Below, in pieces: positions 1-13,738 of a DNA stretch of 64,000 nt. Location: assembly GCA_013115125.1 (NCBI GenBank), contig JABANN010000067.1, positions 1-64,000 on the forward strand. The letters run 5' to 3'. The notes beneath the pieces were generated by a model that saw only the letters and a list, made by a program, of their open reading frames with translations, did no database searches and had not been told where the DNA came from. The translations under genes were made by a program, and so were the position numbers. Numbering within the stretch: position 1 is the stretch's first letter; every line of letters begins with the position of its first letter. The stretch is from Perkinsus olseni. Lineage: Eukaryota.

Positions 1-502
1 CTCAAACACGTAGTATGTGCTGAATTAGACTGATTTTTGTGATTTGCATATCGAATTGGAACACCCTGTAGAGACTTTAGGAAAATCTTCAACTCAAAAG
101 CGAACTTCGTTGAAACTGATAAATCTCGGGCTGATTCCTCGACGATGAAGCAGAGCACAGGTTCTTCTACTCGGCTCAGCGCAAAGTCTGAAGATATTCT
201 CTTCATTCAAGCTTAGCCCGCTTAGATGGTGACTCGGGAGCGTCTTCAACGTCTCTCCTTGACGCCCCGTTCGAGAGGGCCAACCTGAATAATGCGTCTT
301 CAGAATACATGGGGTTTTTTTCCACGATTGAGACAAGCACCACTCTCAGAGTACGAGGTAGACTACACCCGCAAATCTACAGCGTTGGTGCCACCAACTT
401 GGGGGGCTGCGCTAGTCACGATCATACGGAAAACTAGTAGTGTGCTGGTCGCTGTCACTGCGGCAGTCAACCGGCCACTGCCGGCAACCGGGGGAGTATC
501 AC

Positions 503-2246
503 TCACTCGCCCTCAACTAACCGTCCGTTTCCAGATTGGACCTCTCGCGGGTTTGGGCCCTCCACTGAGGCAGGGAGCACTGCAGCTCGGAGAACCTGAA
601 CGGTGAGAGACGCTCGCTAACTACTGGTAGCCTGACTAACTGTTAATAACTATCAGTGGTTCAAAATAGCCATTGGATGAATTGTGAGGTACTTACGATT
701 TCTCCTGAGCCATTCAGCCAACCAAGCGCCTCGTTCTTGATCTCAGTCAGCGGTATCAATGCCGGGCATCCCCAACTCTGACCCGTGTCATTGAAGGTGT
801 GGATAGTGGTCCAGGCCTGAAAGGTGACCCCTATCTCCTGAAGATGTTAACTAGAACATGTCGATACTGAGAGCCACCGCTGACGTGTTTAATGACGGTG
901 ATAATGTCGTGCTCTATACAATGAGCCCTACAATGCAATAGCCCCAAGCCATGAAGTTCCGAATAAACTCACAACAGTCTTCTTGACATCTTTATGATTC
1001 AGCAGCTTTATCCTTAATATGACCTCATTCCTCTTATCTGAAAATGGCCCCCAGAATTTAGCCAGCACTGCTAACTAGGTGAAGACAGCCAGTCAAGTCA
1101 GTCTTGTCAGCCTCAACCATGAAAGGACATTCGCTCCGGGCGATGCTGCATTTCTTTCCTGAGCCATCCCGTGTGCCGGTCAGATACCCCGCTCCCCCCA
1201 CCTCGAGCGTCCAGGAGGTGAATATACACGGCGAGATGCTGCTGCCCATCTTCGCACACGATACCGCCGGGGAAAACTGCCAACTGAAGCGGCATTCACC
1301 GTATTTGTATGGCGAGGATGCACGGAAAATTGTACAAGAATAGAAAGACCCACCTGGAATTTATAGTTTCCCTTCCATGTCGGCGGGGACTTGAATTCAT
1401 CACCCGGATCATACTCTTGACGACCATCAAAGCGGACCTCATGCCACTCGGGCTTCAGGGGATTCGGGTCCGTTTCGACAATGGCAGCTCTAGATCTGAA
1501 TACCTGATCACAAATGCCAAACAACGCGAACCGCAATACCCGTTTGGCGGGTATAGTCTGAACTGAACGGTATATTGTGCCTCAGTGGACCACCGCAGCT
1601 TAACAACTCGCGGCAAGTATCGGTACTCACCAGTTTGCCTTCCTGATCAAGCCAGCCGTTCTCCTTCGTTAGCTCAGATCGCTTGATGAATCTCGGTCTT
1701 CCCCAACCGAGTCCAGGGTAAATCATTCGAGTATATTCGTTTACCTATCATGAAAGACCTATGGTGGCATCCGTGATCCATGGTGAGTGTCTTATTCAAG
1801 CGATTGTTGGATTCGTTTGACGAAGGAAGTACTGTGATTCACACCGAAACAGGCGCTAGTCACAAACGCCGAAAGCACTACTATAGATTTATTGGTATCA
1901 TCATGATTAACCAGTTCAACTACGAACGCCACGATGGTGCCGAGAGGGAAGTCAGCGGGCGAGCCTGAATGTGACAGTGAGATATGGAGGATCGGGAAAT
2001 GCGGCATGCACAGCTCGGCCACCTTTCTTCTCGGTAAAATGCGTGTAAGCGCTTAGATACTTTGTCTCCCCGCGGTTTCCACTCGGATACACTTGCATCT
2101 GCTCATAGAACACTTGCACCCGGTGGCATGGGTACTGTGGTAACCGCAATGCGGCTTAGGGGAGAACCTACGTGATAGTTGAATGAATCTGTCGCCATCA
2201 CCGGGGAATATACAGTAGTGTCTTCAAGGGCAACCTGGAACTCCAT
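503..2246 (-). CDS. Tandem MATH/TRAF-domain protein, copy 1 (multi-exon; 3' end uncertain)
   Basis: Exons read MEFQV..SPVMATDSFNYH / GSPADFPLG..VELVNHDDTNKSIV / MIYPGLGWGRPRFIKRSELTKENGWLDQEGKL / conserved exon / LAVFPGG..LAVYIHLL / WTTIHTFNDTGQSWGCPALIPLTEIKNEALGWL / VLRAAVLP..GPNP. The pattern SP..F, V(Y/F)PxG..LxxY, LxNxxD, HxF...WG...GWL is typical of MATH domains and occurs twice. Confidence 0.75.
1351..1471. repeat. Ultraconserved exonic block, copy 1 (reference)
   Basis: CACCTGGAATTTATAGTTTCCCTTCCATG...CTTCAGGGGATTCGGGTCC; the minus strand encodes DPNPLKPEWHEVRFDGRQEYDPGDEFKSPPTWKGNYKFQ followed by a GTG splice donor. Confidence 0.95.
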
Positions 2247-3199
2247 GGTAGACAAAGAGTAATAGCACTGACGATACGGCTCAGGGTATGAGCCTCGAAA
2301 GTACTTTTTGACCCGGGCGGATACAGCGAACACTCTGAGAGCTGAATAACGGCAGCACGATCCGGCTCGGTCCGAGCCGCTCGGATTGTCAGACAGTTAG
2401 GCGAGGGTGACCATGGTACGCACTCAAGTATATAAACCACAGTCGAAGCCTCTGACATGAAGGCTAGGGATATTTTTTTTATCAATGTTGGCTTGTTACT
2501 CCGGCTCGGAACCTAGATAGTGAGGAACACTTAGTTGTGCAGCACGTCTCGCCGCACGCGCCTAAGATATTGCCGAACTACATTTTGCTAGAGCACTGCA
2601 CATCGACGATGCCCGGGAGGTCGTCGCATGAAGTGCTGGTAACCTGACGATGGGGTTTTCATAAAGCACTCCGCAAGACGCGCATAACTCATAAAGCTAA
2701 ACACGGAGTGCCTTTGCTTGATTGAGTGGGCTACTCCGGAGCAGCGAGCATGCTACATGAAGATGCGCTCCTCCTATATCTGACTCTGGCCGGCTTCCTC
2801 GGGGGCGAAACTGCCGAACTGCACGCAACACTCAATAGGTTGGACAAATTAAAGTGCGCCTAGAGTCCTACTAATCAGCCTTCTGCCTTGTTGCCTTGCA
2901 CGAATTAACTTCCGTCCAAGTAACTCCCGATAGACCTGAACGTTTTATTTCCCTGGGTTTATCGGCTTGTCACAGCATAGTGTAGCTACGTTACTCCCGT
3001 TGAGATAGTCCTACCACACTCTCCTCAGACGAGCTCGTACGGGCAGAGGAAAATAGGCCAATGTGCATTTGGAGGAGCATTTGATGAGAATGTGAAATAA
3101 GGTTCTACTGTGAGTCACAGGCTGTTACTCGGTGATTCCTGGCCAAATAATAAACTACGTGCAATCGGCCAAGTGCGGAGGAACGTTCGATGAAAGAGG

Positions 3200-4420
3200 A
3201 ACTATCCCTGGGCTTACAACTGATTCGCTGACATCTTCGTGGTTTAAGAGAGTGATCCTCAACGCTAAGGATTTAGGAGCCTCAGGCTCTGCCGCGCTTT
3301 CGTTGCTTGCTAATGTGAGTGAACTCAGCGGCCACATATCAATGAAATTGTCCTATACCTACTCCCTAGCAGATGGACATAGACTACCAGACCCCGGTCT
3401 CCATCACTTAATGCCGGACCCCCCGGAAATACTGCTAACTGAGGTAAAATGAGAGTTAGTACTGAAGGGAGAGCAAGAGCCGATGCTACAGACATGATCC
3501 AATCTAACTTGCCCCACCTGGAATTTATAGTTTCCCTTCCATGTCGGTGGGGACTTGAATTCATCACCCGGATCATACTCTTGACGACCATCAAAGCGGA
3601 CCTCGTGGCACTCGGGACTCAGGGGATTCGGGTCCTTTTCGACAATGGCAGCTCTGGCTCTGAATACCTAGAAACAGGTGAGCTGACAACGGATGGTATT
3701 TTCTTGTGAAACGTATCGCACCCACAAACAAGCGCCTTCCTACGTAGGTGAGGAAATCAATAGTACTCACCAGTTTGCTTTCCCGGTCAAGCCAGCCGTT
3801 TTCCTTCGTGAGTTCAGATCGTTTGATGAAGTTCCTTTCTCCCCAACCGAAGCCAGGGTAGATCATGCGATTGGATGCATTGACCTACAGTAGTACTCCT
3901 GCACTCACGATATCTCGTGCTTCGATTGGTCATCGTCAGTAACGAATTGTAGCTGAATGCTTCAGACGAGGAAACGATCCCATGAACATTACAACGGATT
4001 CTCGGGGTTCATTGTGATTAACCAATTCGACCTCGAACTTCACGTTGACACCGAGAGGGAAATCTGCTGATGAGCCTGAGGAAGGAAGATAAAGGACAGA
4101 ACGTCGTTCTGAGAATGAGCTAACACCGACATACGACAGAGTTGATACTTGAAATGCTGACAAACCCTCTGATCTGGCCCACCTCTCTTTTCAGCGAAAT
4201 TCATAAATGCCCCCAAACACCCTTCCTCTCTGTTTCTTCGCCCCTTGAGATACACCTATACCTGTTCATGAAATACTTCTGCTTTCAACGGTCCTGGGCT
4301 TAGCAGGTCTGCTCCAGCATGGGGTACGAATGGTTACGTAAAATCCGAAAGATTCCGCCGCCATGACTGGAGAAGTGACAAAAGTATTGACTTGGTCGAC
4401 CGGAAGGAAGAGACACCACG
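3200..4420 (-). pseudogene. Tandem MATH protein copy 2, probably pseudogenised
   Basis: Homologous exons present (FVTSPVMAAESFGFY; VYLKG..GCLGAF; MIYPGFGWG..GWL; conserved exon with W>C; LAVFPGG; LRITLLNHED). The first exon frame has an upstream TAA and no ATG, and I could not find the final HxF..WG..GWL exon. Confidence 0.55.
3515..3635. repeat. Ultraconserved exonic block, copy 2
   Basis: About 5 mismatches to copy 1 over 121 bp (counted by eye). Confidence 0.95.
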
Positions 4421-5375
4421 TAACAAGTTGTTACTAACAACAGAGGGCGAGGGGCGTCTCTGCTTCTGAATTTGACAAGGGTGCCCTCAGTTTGGATGCC
4501 TTGATAACACCCATAGCAGCGAATCGCTCCCAGTAATAAGAAGCACACGAGCCTTGTGTCACAAGGAGACCTACAGCGGGTCACTTCACAGGGACAACGA
4601 GGAGGCGCTTTTGCCATGATCGGATGTGCCCCTGTGGATAGAGGAATTCCGAAAAGCAGTAACCTCAATGCTGACTGATAATTCGGCTGGTGCTACCACA
4701 CATTTCCGACACATACGATATTTCGAATGCCTCTCCTGGGGCTTGAAAGATTCTACGGCCTAGGTAAAAAAAAGGTAAGCTCGAGATCGACGCTTGGTTT
4801 CTGGTGCTGCTGCGGTTGGAAAAAAGACAATATCGGTGAAACACTTAGAAGAGGATGTTGGAGTGAAGATACGATTCTTCGTGAGCGCAATTTCCGATGT
4901 GGCGGATGCCGTCTCTGATGGGGGACGGTCAGCTTCGAGTGATTAAAACGTCTGGATGTCGTGAAGCGTTCCAGACCTTGCGAACTGCACTCAAGACGCG
5001 AGCTTGCGAGACAAATTGAAATGCTTCCTTCGTTGAGGCGATCGGCTTCAATCAAAAGACTGTCATTGCAATCGCAACCTCCACCTGCAGCAACTCATTC
5101 TTCCGGCTTCACTTCTTCAACAATCCAGCTTCCATTGGAGCTTCCTCCTAAGGACCTGAACACAAGCCGGTCACTTGTATCCAAAACCGTAGAATTAACA
5201 ACTGGTCGCGAGATACTATGACAATCCTACCTTTCCTGCAATATTTCATCCGCAGCTCCTGGCGACGAGCTTGTAGAAGGAAACGCGGTGGACGAGGACC
5301 TGGAAAACCGATTTGACATGCTTCGTGTCGGAAGAACTCTGTGACACAGGGCATGTGCCATGAGCGGAGAGGCGC

Positions 5376-7170
5376 TCACTCCGTAATCGTAGGCTGAACA
5401 ATAACTCCCGATGGATTTGGACCCTCGGCTGCCGCAGGTAGGACGGATGCCCTCAGAACCTGAACCAAACGACGCTGCCGTATATTCCACCAAGACCTTC
5501 CACGATGTACCAGCTCTCCCTTGTCATCGAGCCATCCTGACCCATCTGTCCTCAGCTGGTTGATACCAATCAAGTGGTGGCATCCCCAACTAAGATCGCC
5601 TACATCGGTGAAGTTGTGCGTGGAGAACCATTTCTGAGGGAAAACCGCTCATGCCATAGTAAGATCCGCCTTCTACAGAGGACACCAGCGAGGGTTAAGC
5701 GTGCTGCAATGGCCCGTTGCCAATGGGCAATTCAACTCAATTGAGCCCGACCGGCTCGAGAATCTACTCGACGAATACCGTAATACATTTCGTCTGGAAA
5801 ACACACTAGAAAATGTGGACGGCGCTCTGCGTGTACCTACGATTGACTTGTTGGCATCTTTGTGGTTCAACAGGGTGATTCTTAGGGCGACAAAATCAGA
5901 AGCGGTAGTACCTGGGAGGAATGAAGACCGGCGGTTCTAGTGCGGTTACTTGCTCATATCATACGGAAGTAAAAGTAAAGGCGGGAGACGGACGAGCATC
6001 TGTGCTTATCCCATGTCATCAAACACATCCCACCTCTCTTCCCTAGTAAATGGATATACACTGCAAGACCTCGCTCCCCAGCATCACATTCCAGTCCTCC
6101 GGGCAATACTGCCAACTGACTCAAGGACGGATTTTGATGAATGCTCAACCCAATCATATGTCGAGGATGCTCCGAGGCGATGCTCGCGAACCCCCGCTGA
6201 GAGGTCTCCCACCTGGAATTTATAGTTTCCCTTCCATGTCGGTGGGGACTTGAATTCATCACCCGGATCATAATCTTGACGACCATCAAAGCGGACCTCA
6301 TGCCACTCGGGCTTCAGGGGATTCGGGTCCTCTTCGAGCACGAGAGTCCGAGCTCGGAATACCTGAGGAATATCAGGTGGGCTCGCGCTATATCGTTTTA
6401 GCTCATATCCGGGCAAACTGGAGAAACCTTTCTGAACAACTGCTGCAAAGAAAGGTGGGGAATTCTCAGCGCCATGCGTTCGTAGTGCCAGAAAGATGAT
6501 GGACGTACCAGTTTCTTCTCATCATCCAGCCACCCCTCTTCAGCCGTGAAATTCGCTTGGTATGCAAAACTGTGCCATCCGCAAGATAGGCCTGGATAAA
6601 TCCTCCGAGTGATAGTCCTCACCTGAAGTGGGCCCGGGTTCCACCCAGAGCCATAGCTCAACCTGTGTTGATGTCTCAACTCACGATAGACTTCGTCGGG
6701 TCCTTGTGATTAACAAGGTAAACCTCCATTCTTATGTTCTCCCCAAACGGGAACGAGCCAGATGAGCCTACCGCGACGGATTTGGTGACCAGCATGGAAG
6801 TTTGTGCGATGGCTCACTGAGCCAGGCTCAGAGATGATCGACGGTTCTCAGCCTGGCTTACCCGTTTTATTATAGATCTTGAAGTAGACCCGTAGCCTGT
6901 CAAAGTCTGTGATGTTCGTGCTAGACCAATGACACGTAGTCACTTCGACCTAATTGGAAAGGAAACGTGGATTCACGAGCCATCATCCGGTGAGCGAAAG
7001 CGTCTGACGAGGACATTTCATACGATTCCCTTTGCGACACATACTGCTTGACACAAGAGGCTCACCCGGAAGTTGAATGAGTCCGTTGAAATGGTTGGAC
7101 TCGTGGTGCATTGGTTGCTCTTTAGAGGAACTTGGAATTCTACGGTAGGAATGGAGAGATCGTGGTCACC
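5376..7170 (-). CDS. Tandem MATH protein copy 3 (ends approximate; tail may extend toward ~4750)
   Basis: PTVEFQV..TSPTISTDSFNFR; IYPGLSCGWHSF..EEGWLDDEKKL; conserved exon 6210-6330; LAVLPGG..LAVYIHLL; LNHKDANKSIV; WFSTHNFTDVGDLSWGCHHLI..GWLDDKGEL; VLRASVLP..GPNP. Confidence 0.75.
6210..6330. repeat. Ultraconserved exonic block, copy 3
   Basis: About 2 mismatches to copy 1 over 121 bp. Confidence 0.95.
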
Positions 7171-8077
7171 TGAAAGAGGAAATTTGGAAACGTTATGGAC
7201 ATGACATTCGAAGGATGATGCAGCCACGCCCGAACTCAGTTCGGCGAACTGTTCATATCAGGCTTTAACGAAGCGAGTCGACGGCGAGCGAGATACCGTC
7301 GTGGTGACTGTCTTACCCTGGCCGGAGTTGCAGTCGGGTGGCAGGATGAACCCCATGGAGGGCAAAAGGGAGACTGTCGGCAGTGCAAGTATTATTACTA
7401 CTCAAAGTGGACTTCATTCGAGTGCACGCACGCTATCCCAGCGCCAACTCAATGGAGGGTAGCAGACTTGAACACACAGGACCCATACTGTTCCAAGAAA
7501 TATGAACACTATGATTAGAGTATTTCATAGCTCGGCGAGCCTCTGAGCTGCACATGGTAAACCAACCTCCGAATGATGCTTCATAATGGTGAGTGAGAGA
7601 CAAAGTCGATCTGGATGCTCGCCGAACTTTTATCATCCGACTATGAACTACTATGGTCGGTGCCTTCAGCGACCGACCCACCTCGGGCAAACACCACTTA
7701 CCATACGATCTCACCGCACTCGCTTAGCTACCCCAGCTCCTGGCCTCATAGGCCTGCCCCAAACCAGACCACAGTGGCGAGGGACCTTGCGTCGCGGTCT
7801 GTGTGCCCACAGCTTCCTCCAACTCCAATCAGTACTCCTGGAAATATGCTGGAATGTTCAATTCAAAGCCTTTTCGACTGAAACTGATGAATACTCAGGT
7901 TAGTCCGCTGATAACAATGAGGGCTGAGATCAAAGTCCGGGGCGCTTCATTGGGGCTTCGCTCTTTTGGCCAAGGACTCAGAAACAGCTTCTGGAGAGCC
8001 ACTGGCACTGTTCGACCTGATGGAAGCGTATTACAACAACATTTAGGAAGGATAGTATATCAGAACTCGCTCCACAC

Positions 8078-9890
8078 TTACGCTCTTCCTCTACGGCGGA
8101 TCTCTCGGGGGTTTGGGCCTCCCACCGACGAAGGTAACACCGCAGCACGTAGGACCTGCGAACGCCCATTCGATGCTGACTCATTCGGAATGAGCGTAGA
8201 GCGTCAGCATGGCACGAGCGTTGTGACGATACAACCGTTCCTCAGCAGGTAACAATTGGTCAAGACCCAGGTCGTACAATCTTTCCTTTCCCATTGAGCC
8301 AACCAAGGCCTCCCTTCTTAATATCCTCTAGAGGTATCAATGTAGAGCATCCCCAACTCTGGCCCATCTCGTCGAAGGCGTGAACGGAGGTCCATGTCTG
8401 AGAGGTGACGCTGATCCCTTATAAGAAGGAATAATACTCCAGGAGTATGCTACTGAGCGAGTACAAGCTCTGCCATAGTGCAGGTGCATTAGCGACAAAG
8501 TGACTCAATCAACGCAGCCGGTGAGGTTAGAACAACTCACGATAGTTTTTGCAGGATCCTTATGATTCAGCAACTTGATCTTCAGCGTGAGGGAATCCAT
8601 AGCGTTGCTCCCTGAAAAGCCTATATAACGGAGCTGTTGAACCTCCGGAAGAGCTGGTGAGCACTCTCAACGGACGAGAGTTCCGCCGTTCGTACGAGAA
8701 GCGCTCACGGGAACTGTTTTAAGGTTGTGAACCCTAGCGCCGGGTGTTGCAATCATAGCGACCCAACTGTTCAGTGCAGTTGTCCAATACACCAAGTCCG
8801 ACTCGGTGTTGAAGATCACCTCGCGATTCCAGTAGGTGAACATACACGGCAAGGCTTCGCTGCTCATTGTTGGGCTCGATACCACCTGGGAATACCGCTA
8901 ACTACAGAGAGATATCAAAAATGGGATACACGAAACCGTTAGTCCTATCACGGCTGCCACCTGGAATTTATAGTTTCCCTTCCATGTCGGCGGGGACTTG
9001 AATTCATCACCCGGATCATACTCTTGACGACCATCAAAGCGGACCTCATGCCACTCGGGCTTCAGGGGGTTCGGGTCCTTTTCGACAATGTTAGCTCTGG
9101 CCCGGAATACCTAGAAACAGGTGAAGCGATTACGCAGGGACGACAAGACGATAAAAATGACTTGAAGTTGATCCCGCGGTAGCAACACCAGCAAGACGAC
9201 ATAGGAATTTAGTATGAACACCAACTCACCAATTGGCTTTCCTTGTCCAGCCAACCGTTCTCCTTTGTTAGCTTTGATGTGTTGGCGTACTCCTTCCATC
9301 CCCGTACAAGCCCGGGGTAGATCATTTGAGTAGAGCGAAGCACCTTCAGTGATAGTGATGGCTCAATAAGACTCGTGCTTCGGCTCATGGTTACTAGCGA
9401 CTGATACGAGTCCTGAATCGCGGTTGCTGTAGATATTACGACAGATTTCTGCGGGTCATCATGATTGACTAACTCGATCTCGTACTCCACTTCCTTACCG
9501 AGAGGAAAGTCGACTGAGGAGCCTGAGAAGTCAGGAATGAAGTGGGTCAGCATGAGAGTACGGATTGTAGACACCAATGGTGTCACAGCATGGTCTGTCG
9601 ATTCACCTTTCTTTTCGGCAAAACCCATGAAAGCGCCCAGGCATCCATTTTTCGCGTTGACTCCACTAAGATACACCACCACCTGCTCAGGTAACACTTT
9701 CACAGCACGAGGCGAGGGGGATATCACCGAGGGTTTCGAAGGGCGTGTTACAGGTCTACTCACTAGCCTAAATTCCGCGTGTGGAGGTTCGAACGCTCAC
9801 GTGAAAGTTGAATGATTCCGCTGCCATCGCTGGAGAGGTGACCGGTATGCTTTGGCTGTTAGGGTCGACTTGGAACTCCATGGCAGACAT
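8078..9890 (-). CDS. Tandem MATH protein copy 4 (3' end uncertain)
   Basis: MSAMEFQVDP..TSPAMAAESFNFH; VVVYLSG..GCLGAFMGF; EIELVNHDDPQKSVV; MIYPGLVRGW..GWLDKESQL; conserved exon 8958-9078; LAVFPGG; WTSVHAFDEMGQSWGCS..GWL; VLRAAVLP..GPNP. Confidence 0.78.
8958..9078. repeat. Ultraconserved exonic block, copy 4
   Basis: About 1 mismatch to copy 1 over 121 bp. Confidence 0.95.
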
Positions 9891-10734
9891 ACAACAATGA
9901 CACTGGGGGCGAGTCCCAAGGTATGAACATGTCGTGAATACCGGGTGTTTCACAACCTTCCCTGTGTTTTTCTCCCCGAGGTGAACCTCAACCTCTTTTT
10001 TGACCTCGAGCTTATATTACCAGGAACGTCTACTTCAGTGGGAAGAATTGCATTCAACTCCATAGCACGAAAAGATAAAGCAACTGAAATCGAGTCCAAC
10101 TTCGCCGGGCAGTTCGGGGAATCCTCAAGTTCACAGCGTGTTTGGAGAAATGTTATTCTTTGTACGACCACTTGACTCCATAATCGACAACGACAACTGT
10201 GGTCAGACTCACAGCTCAGAACAAGACCTAGGGTAGGCCACTCACCATTCGTGGCACGAAATGGTGGTTGCACGTGCAAAAAGCAGTCGGTACACTCGAA
10301 GTGCTGCGAGTGTCGCTGAGACACAGAATAGAGACACTTACCTTGACGAGTAGGTACGCTTTTCGTATGGAAGTGGGCTACTGCGCAAACGGCGGAAAGC
10401 CGACACGGGAATTTCAATCGATACTCAACTCAAAGCCGCGCTGCACTGCCACTGATAAATATCCGGAAAACGCATCGACAATCATGTTGGGTGATATCAG
10501 AGCCTCGAGAAATGTGCTTCATTCGAGCTTCACCCTCTTGGGCGAGGCCTCAGGAGATTCCTTGAGACCTATCCCTGGGAAGCCGCCGGTGGTGCTCGAC
10601 CTTAGAAATACTCCTCCACAGTATAATGGTGTGATGCATCCCTCCCACAAACCCGTTCGATCATCGAGCAAGGCAGAGGTAGAAGGCGAGTCTTAAGTCT
10701 CGATTCCTGCTACTCAAAGAACGCTATAAAACGT

Positions 10735-12465
10735 TACCTTCTGGCTGAGTGCCGTCCTCTACACTGAACCTCCACTGGGTTAGGACCTCCTACTAAGGCA
10801 GGGAGTACCGAGGCTCGAAGGACCTGGACATTAAAACAACCCATGGATGCAACGTGATGCTTAGTCAGGTTGGTCGCTGAGATACGGGATACTCACTATC
10901 TCTCCACTCGGATTAAGCCAACCGAGCTTTTCTTGTTTGATCTCATGTATAGGAACCAATGCAGGGCATCCCCAACTATGGCCGAGCTCGTCGAAGGTGT
11001 GAACAGCGGTCCAGGTCTGAGGGCCGTGTCTGTTTCGTCAGCTAGTGGGCGTTGGTAAACTAAGTCGACTACTATGGTGATACTACTGGCCCGCTGTTGG
11101 TGTTTCAGGTAACGCTAGAGATGCGGGGGTGGAAGAGCCATCGCAATGAGCGCACACTGCTTTCATCACCAGCCAAAAGCTCTCAACAACACCTACAATA
11201 GTTTTTTGGGCATCCTTGTGATTCAGCAGCTTCACCTTCACTTTCACGAAGTCAATAGTGTTGATCTCTAAAATGCAAGAACGATGCCGAAAAACCAACA
11301 GTCCTTGGCAGGGCCTCAGTTGAATCGCTCGGCTCGATCGGCGCCCTCATCACCGCAATACGCGAGTCGACCATCGTCACGTGGCACGGTTTTATTCGAT
11401 GACTCGGCATACCACCTCGCGTTCCTAATAGATGTATGTATGCAGCAAGGCACTGCTGCCCATCTTCGGATCTGATACCGCCGGGAAATATTGCCACCTG
11501 AAGACATTACTGAAGAAGCGTGAGAGATAATTTGTGCCAGTACCTAGGCTCACCTGGAATTTATAGTTTCCCTTCCATGTTGGCGGAGGCTTAAATTCAT
11601 CTCCCGGATCATACTCTTGACGACCATCAAAGCGGACCTCATGCCACTCGGGCTTCAGGGGATTCGGGTCCGTTTCGACAATGCTAGCACTGGCTCTGAA
11701 TACCTAAGAGCAGGTGAGAGAGGTGACGAAGTTCACATGCCGATGCGCCCGAGCCGACAACCTTGCTCTATATGGTACCCCGCTTCAAGGCAGTAAAAGT
11801 GCACCTATTGCAACTCGCAGTGCAAGTCTAATGAGCAGAAGAACCGCCTGGAGAACCTATACGCACCAATTTGCCCTGCGAGTCGAGCCAGCCTTTCTCT
11901 TTCGCCAGCTCAGATTTCTTCAGGAACTTTCTCCATCCCTGCCCCAGACCAGGGTAGACCAACCGAGTGCGACGGCGTACCTGCAGATATGCCTGTGCCT
12001 TGAGTCACTCGTTCAAGGCCAGTGGATCGCAAACTCCGACTAATACAATTGATTTTTGAAGGTTATCATGATTAACCAGCTCGATCTCGAGCTTCATGGG
12101 AGTCCCGAGGGGAAAATCATCTGAGACACCTAACAAACGAACAAGTCAAGTAACCGAGGGTGCTCAGGTACAGACGATCGACGGGCTGTTCTTCGTAACA
12201 CACCTTGTTTCTCAGTGAAATGCATGTAGGCACCTAGGTATATATCCTCGGAGTTGTGCTTGCCCTCGAGATGCACCGCCACCTGCTCATAGCACATTCG
12301 TGCTTCACGTGACTCGAAGCATCCTCAATTAGGGAAGAGATACCCCATCCGGCAGATGATACAGGAACTTACACAAAAGTTAAAGGAGTCTGCCGCCATC
12401 ACTGGAGACTTAGTAGCGTATTTATTTTTGTCCTTATGGACGACCTGGAACTCCAGAGTAGGCAT
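10735..12465 (-). CDS. Tandem MATH protein copy 5 (3' end uncertain)
   Basis: MPTLEFQV..KSPVMAADSFNF; IELVNHDN; VYPGLGQGWRKF..GWL; conserved exon 11551-11671; AIFPGG..LAAYIHLL; VKLLNHKDAQKTIV; HTFDELGHSWGCP; VLRASVLP..GPNP. Confidence 0.75.
11551..11671. repeat. Ultraconserved exonic block, copy 5
   Basis: About 5 mismatches to copy 1 over 121 bp. Confidence 0.95.
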
Positions 12466-13738
12466 GGAACAATCTACTTACTACAATTTACTTGGGCCGC
12501 GAGGTCCCAAGTAAACAACAAATCATTCCGGATATCGCTACGAGTCACATAAAGGATATCGCTACGACATAAAGTGCTTCTATTGCTCTGACCAGTTGGG
12601 CAACCTCGGAGCGTTGAATTCCGCGCGAAAGTCTACATCTTCTTTGTCGGGTTTCCTCCTTCCGTATGATAGACGGAAAAGACGGCATCAATTGAGTGAG
12701 CGATTCCCGTCAAATTTACTAGGCCGCGCGCAGTAGCGCGCATGCTAAGGCGTCGAGACATTCCCTGAAACACTCACGCCAGGATCCCCGACCAGCCGCG
12801 CGTTCTGTTGACGAAGTCATAAAATTCAATGTGCGAATTGCAAAGATGAGCCTGCCCCGGTCGACATCAACGCAGAAGGTCACCACTCGAGCAAACTGTC
12901 TTTAAGTATTATGCTGGGTTCCTCTAGCCGCTACTTATCATGAAAGGAGCCTCATCTGGCACCGCGAAGATACGTCTCTCGAAGATCACTCACTACGCGC
13001 AAATACAGAAGACAAGTCCAAGATGGGTTCTTGGAGGAATTCAATGAGAGAGAACATAACGCAGGAAGAGTTCGAGCGCTCGTTTCTAAATGTGCAACCT
13101 AACCTCTAGATGACATATTTCTCTGAACTCCAATAACTGATCACAAGGTAGTGCCACACTACCTAGGAGTAGGCCTGGACTACTTACCTACACTCGCACC
13201 TCCTGAAGTTATTCAGGATCTCTTCAGTAACTCCTCAGAAAAAGAATACTAGCTTACAACAGCTAATCAATCAGGCGAGCCACTCTCAATCGATATCCGA
13301 AAATGTGTATCACTGTTTTATCGTTTATTCGATGAGTGACACCTGATAAGAACTCCAAGGCTGCATCACAGTGCGCCCTTTCCGAGTCGACAGCAACAAA
13401 ACAAGCCTAAAGATGAAACCGGGAGCATTGCTTCATTTTGATCTCTGGGAGAGAAATCGCTCCAGATGAGGCATGCATGTTTGTGGATCAATCATTTTCC
13501 ACTTTCTTTTCCTCAACAACCCATTCTCCGCTGGAACTCCCGTCACCACTAACAGACTCAAAATGTGAACGCTCAGCTGAGTTCACAGCACGCTACCTTA
13601 GCTGTGGCGTTTCATGATCAGATACTGGCAGTGAATTGATACTGTTGGGCGTAATAGTTGGCGAGTCGGGCCTGGAGAAGTGTTACAACTTTTGTATAGA
13701 AATAAATACGGGCTGCCTAATCGGCCTAGCAAGCAGGC

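Noticed and set aside
1351-1471. Conserved block as 5S rRNA, spliced-leader RNA or C/D snoRNA
   Set aside because: The length fits and a GTGATGA box-C-like motif is present on the minus strand, but I see no 5S consensus, SL sequence or downstream box D, and the block is in frame and ends at a splice donor. An Rfam search is still needed to exclude it fully.
1309-1566. Plus-strand ORFs containing HLEFIVSLPCRRGLEFITRII (also at 3449, 14336, 28097)
   Set aside because: Antisense readings of the conserved block; similarity vanishes outside it, and splice signals support the minus strand.
12500-13700. Long ORF-free spacer as a possible degraded element
   Set aside because: No termini, TSD or protein motif that I could support.
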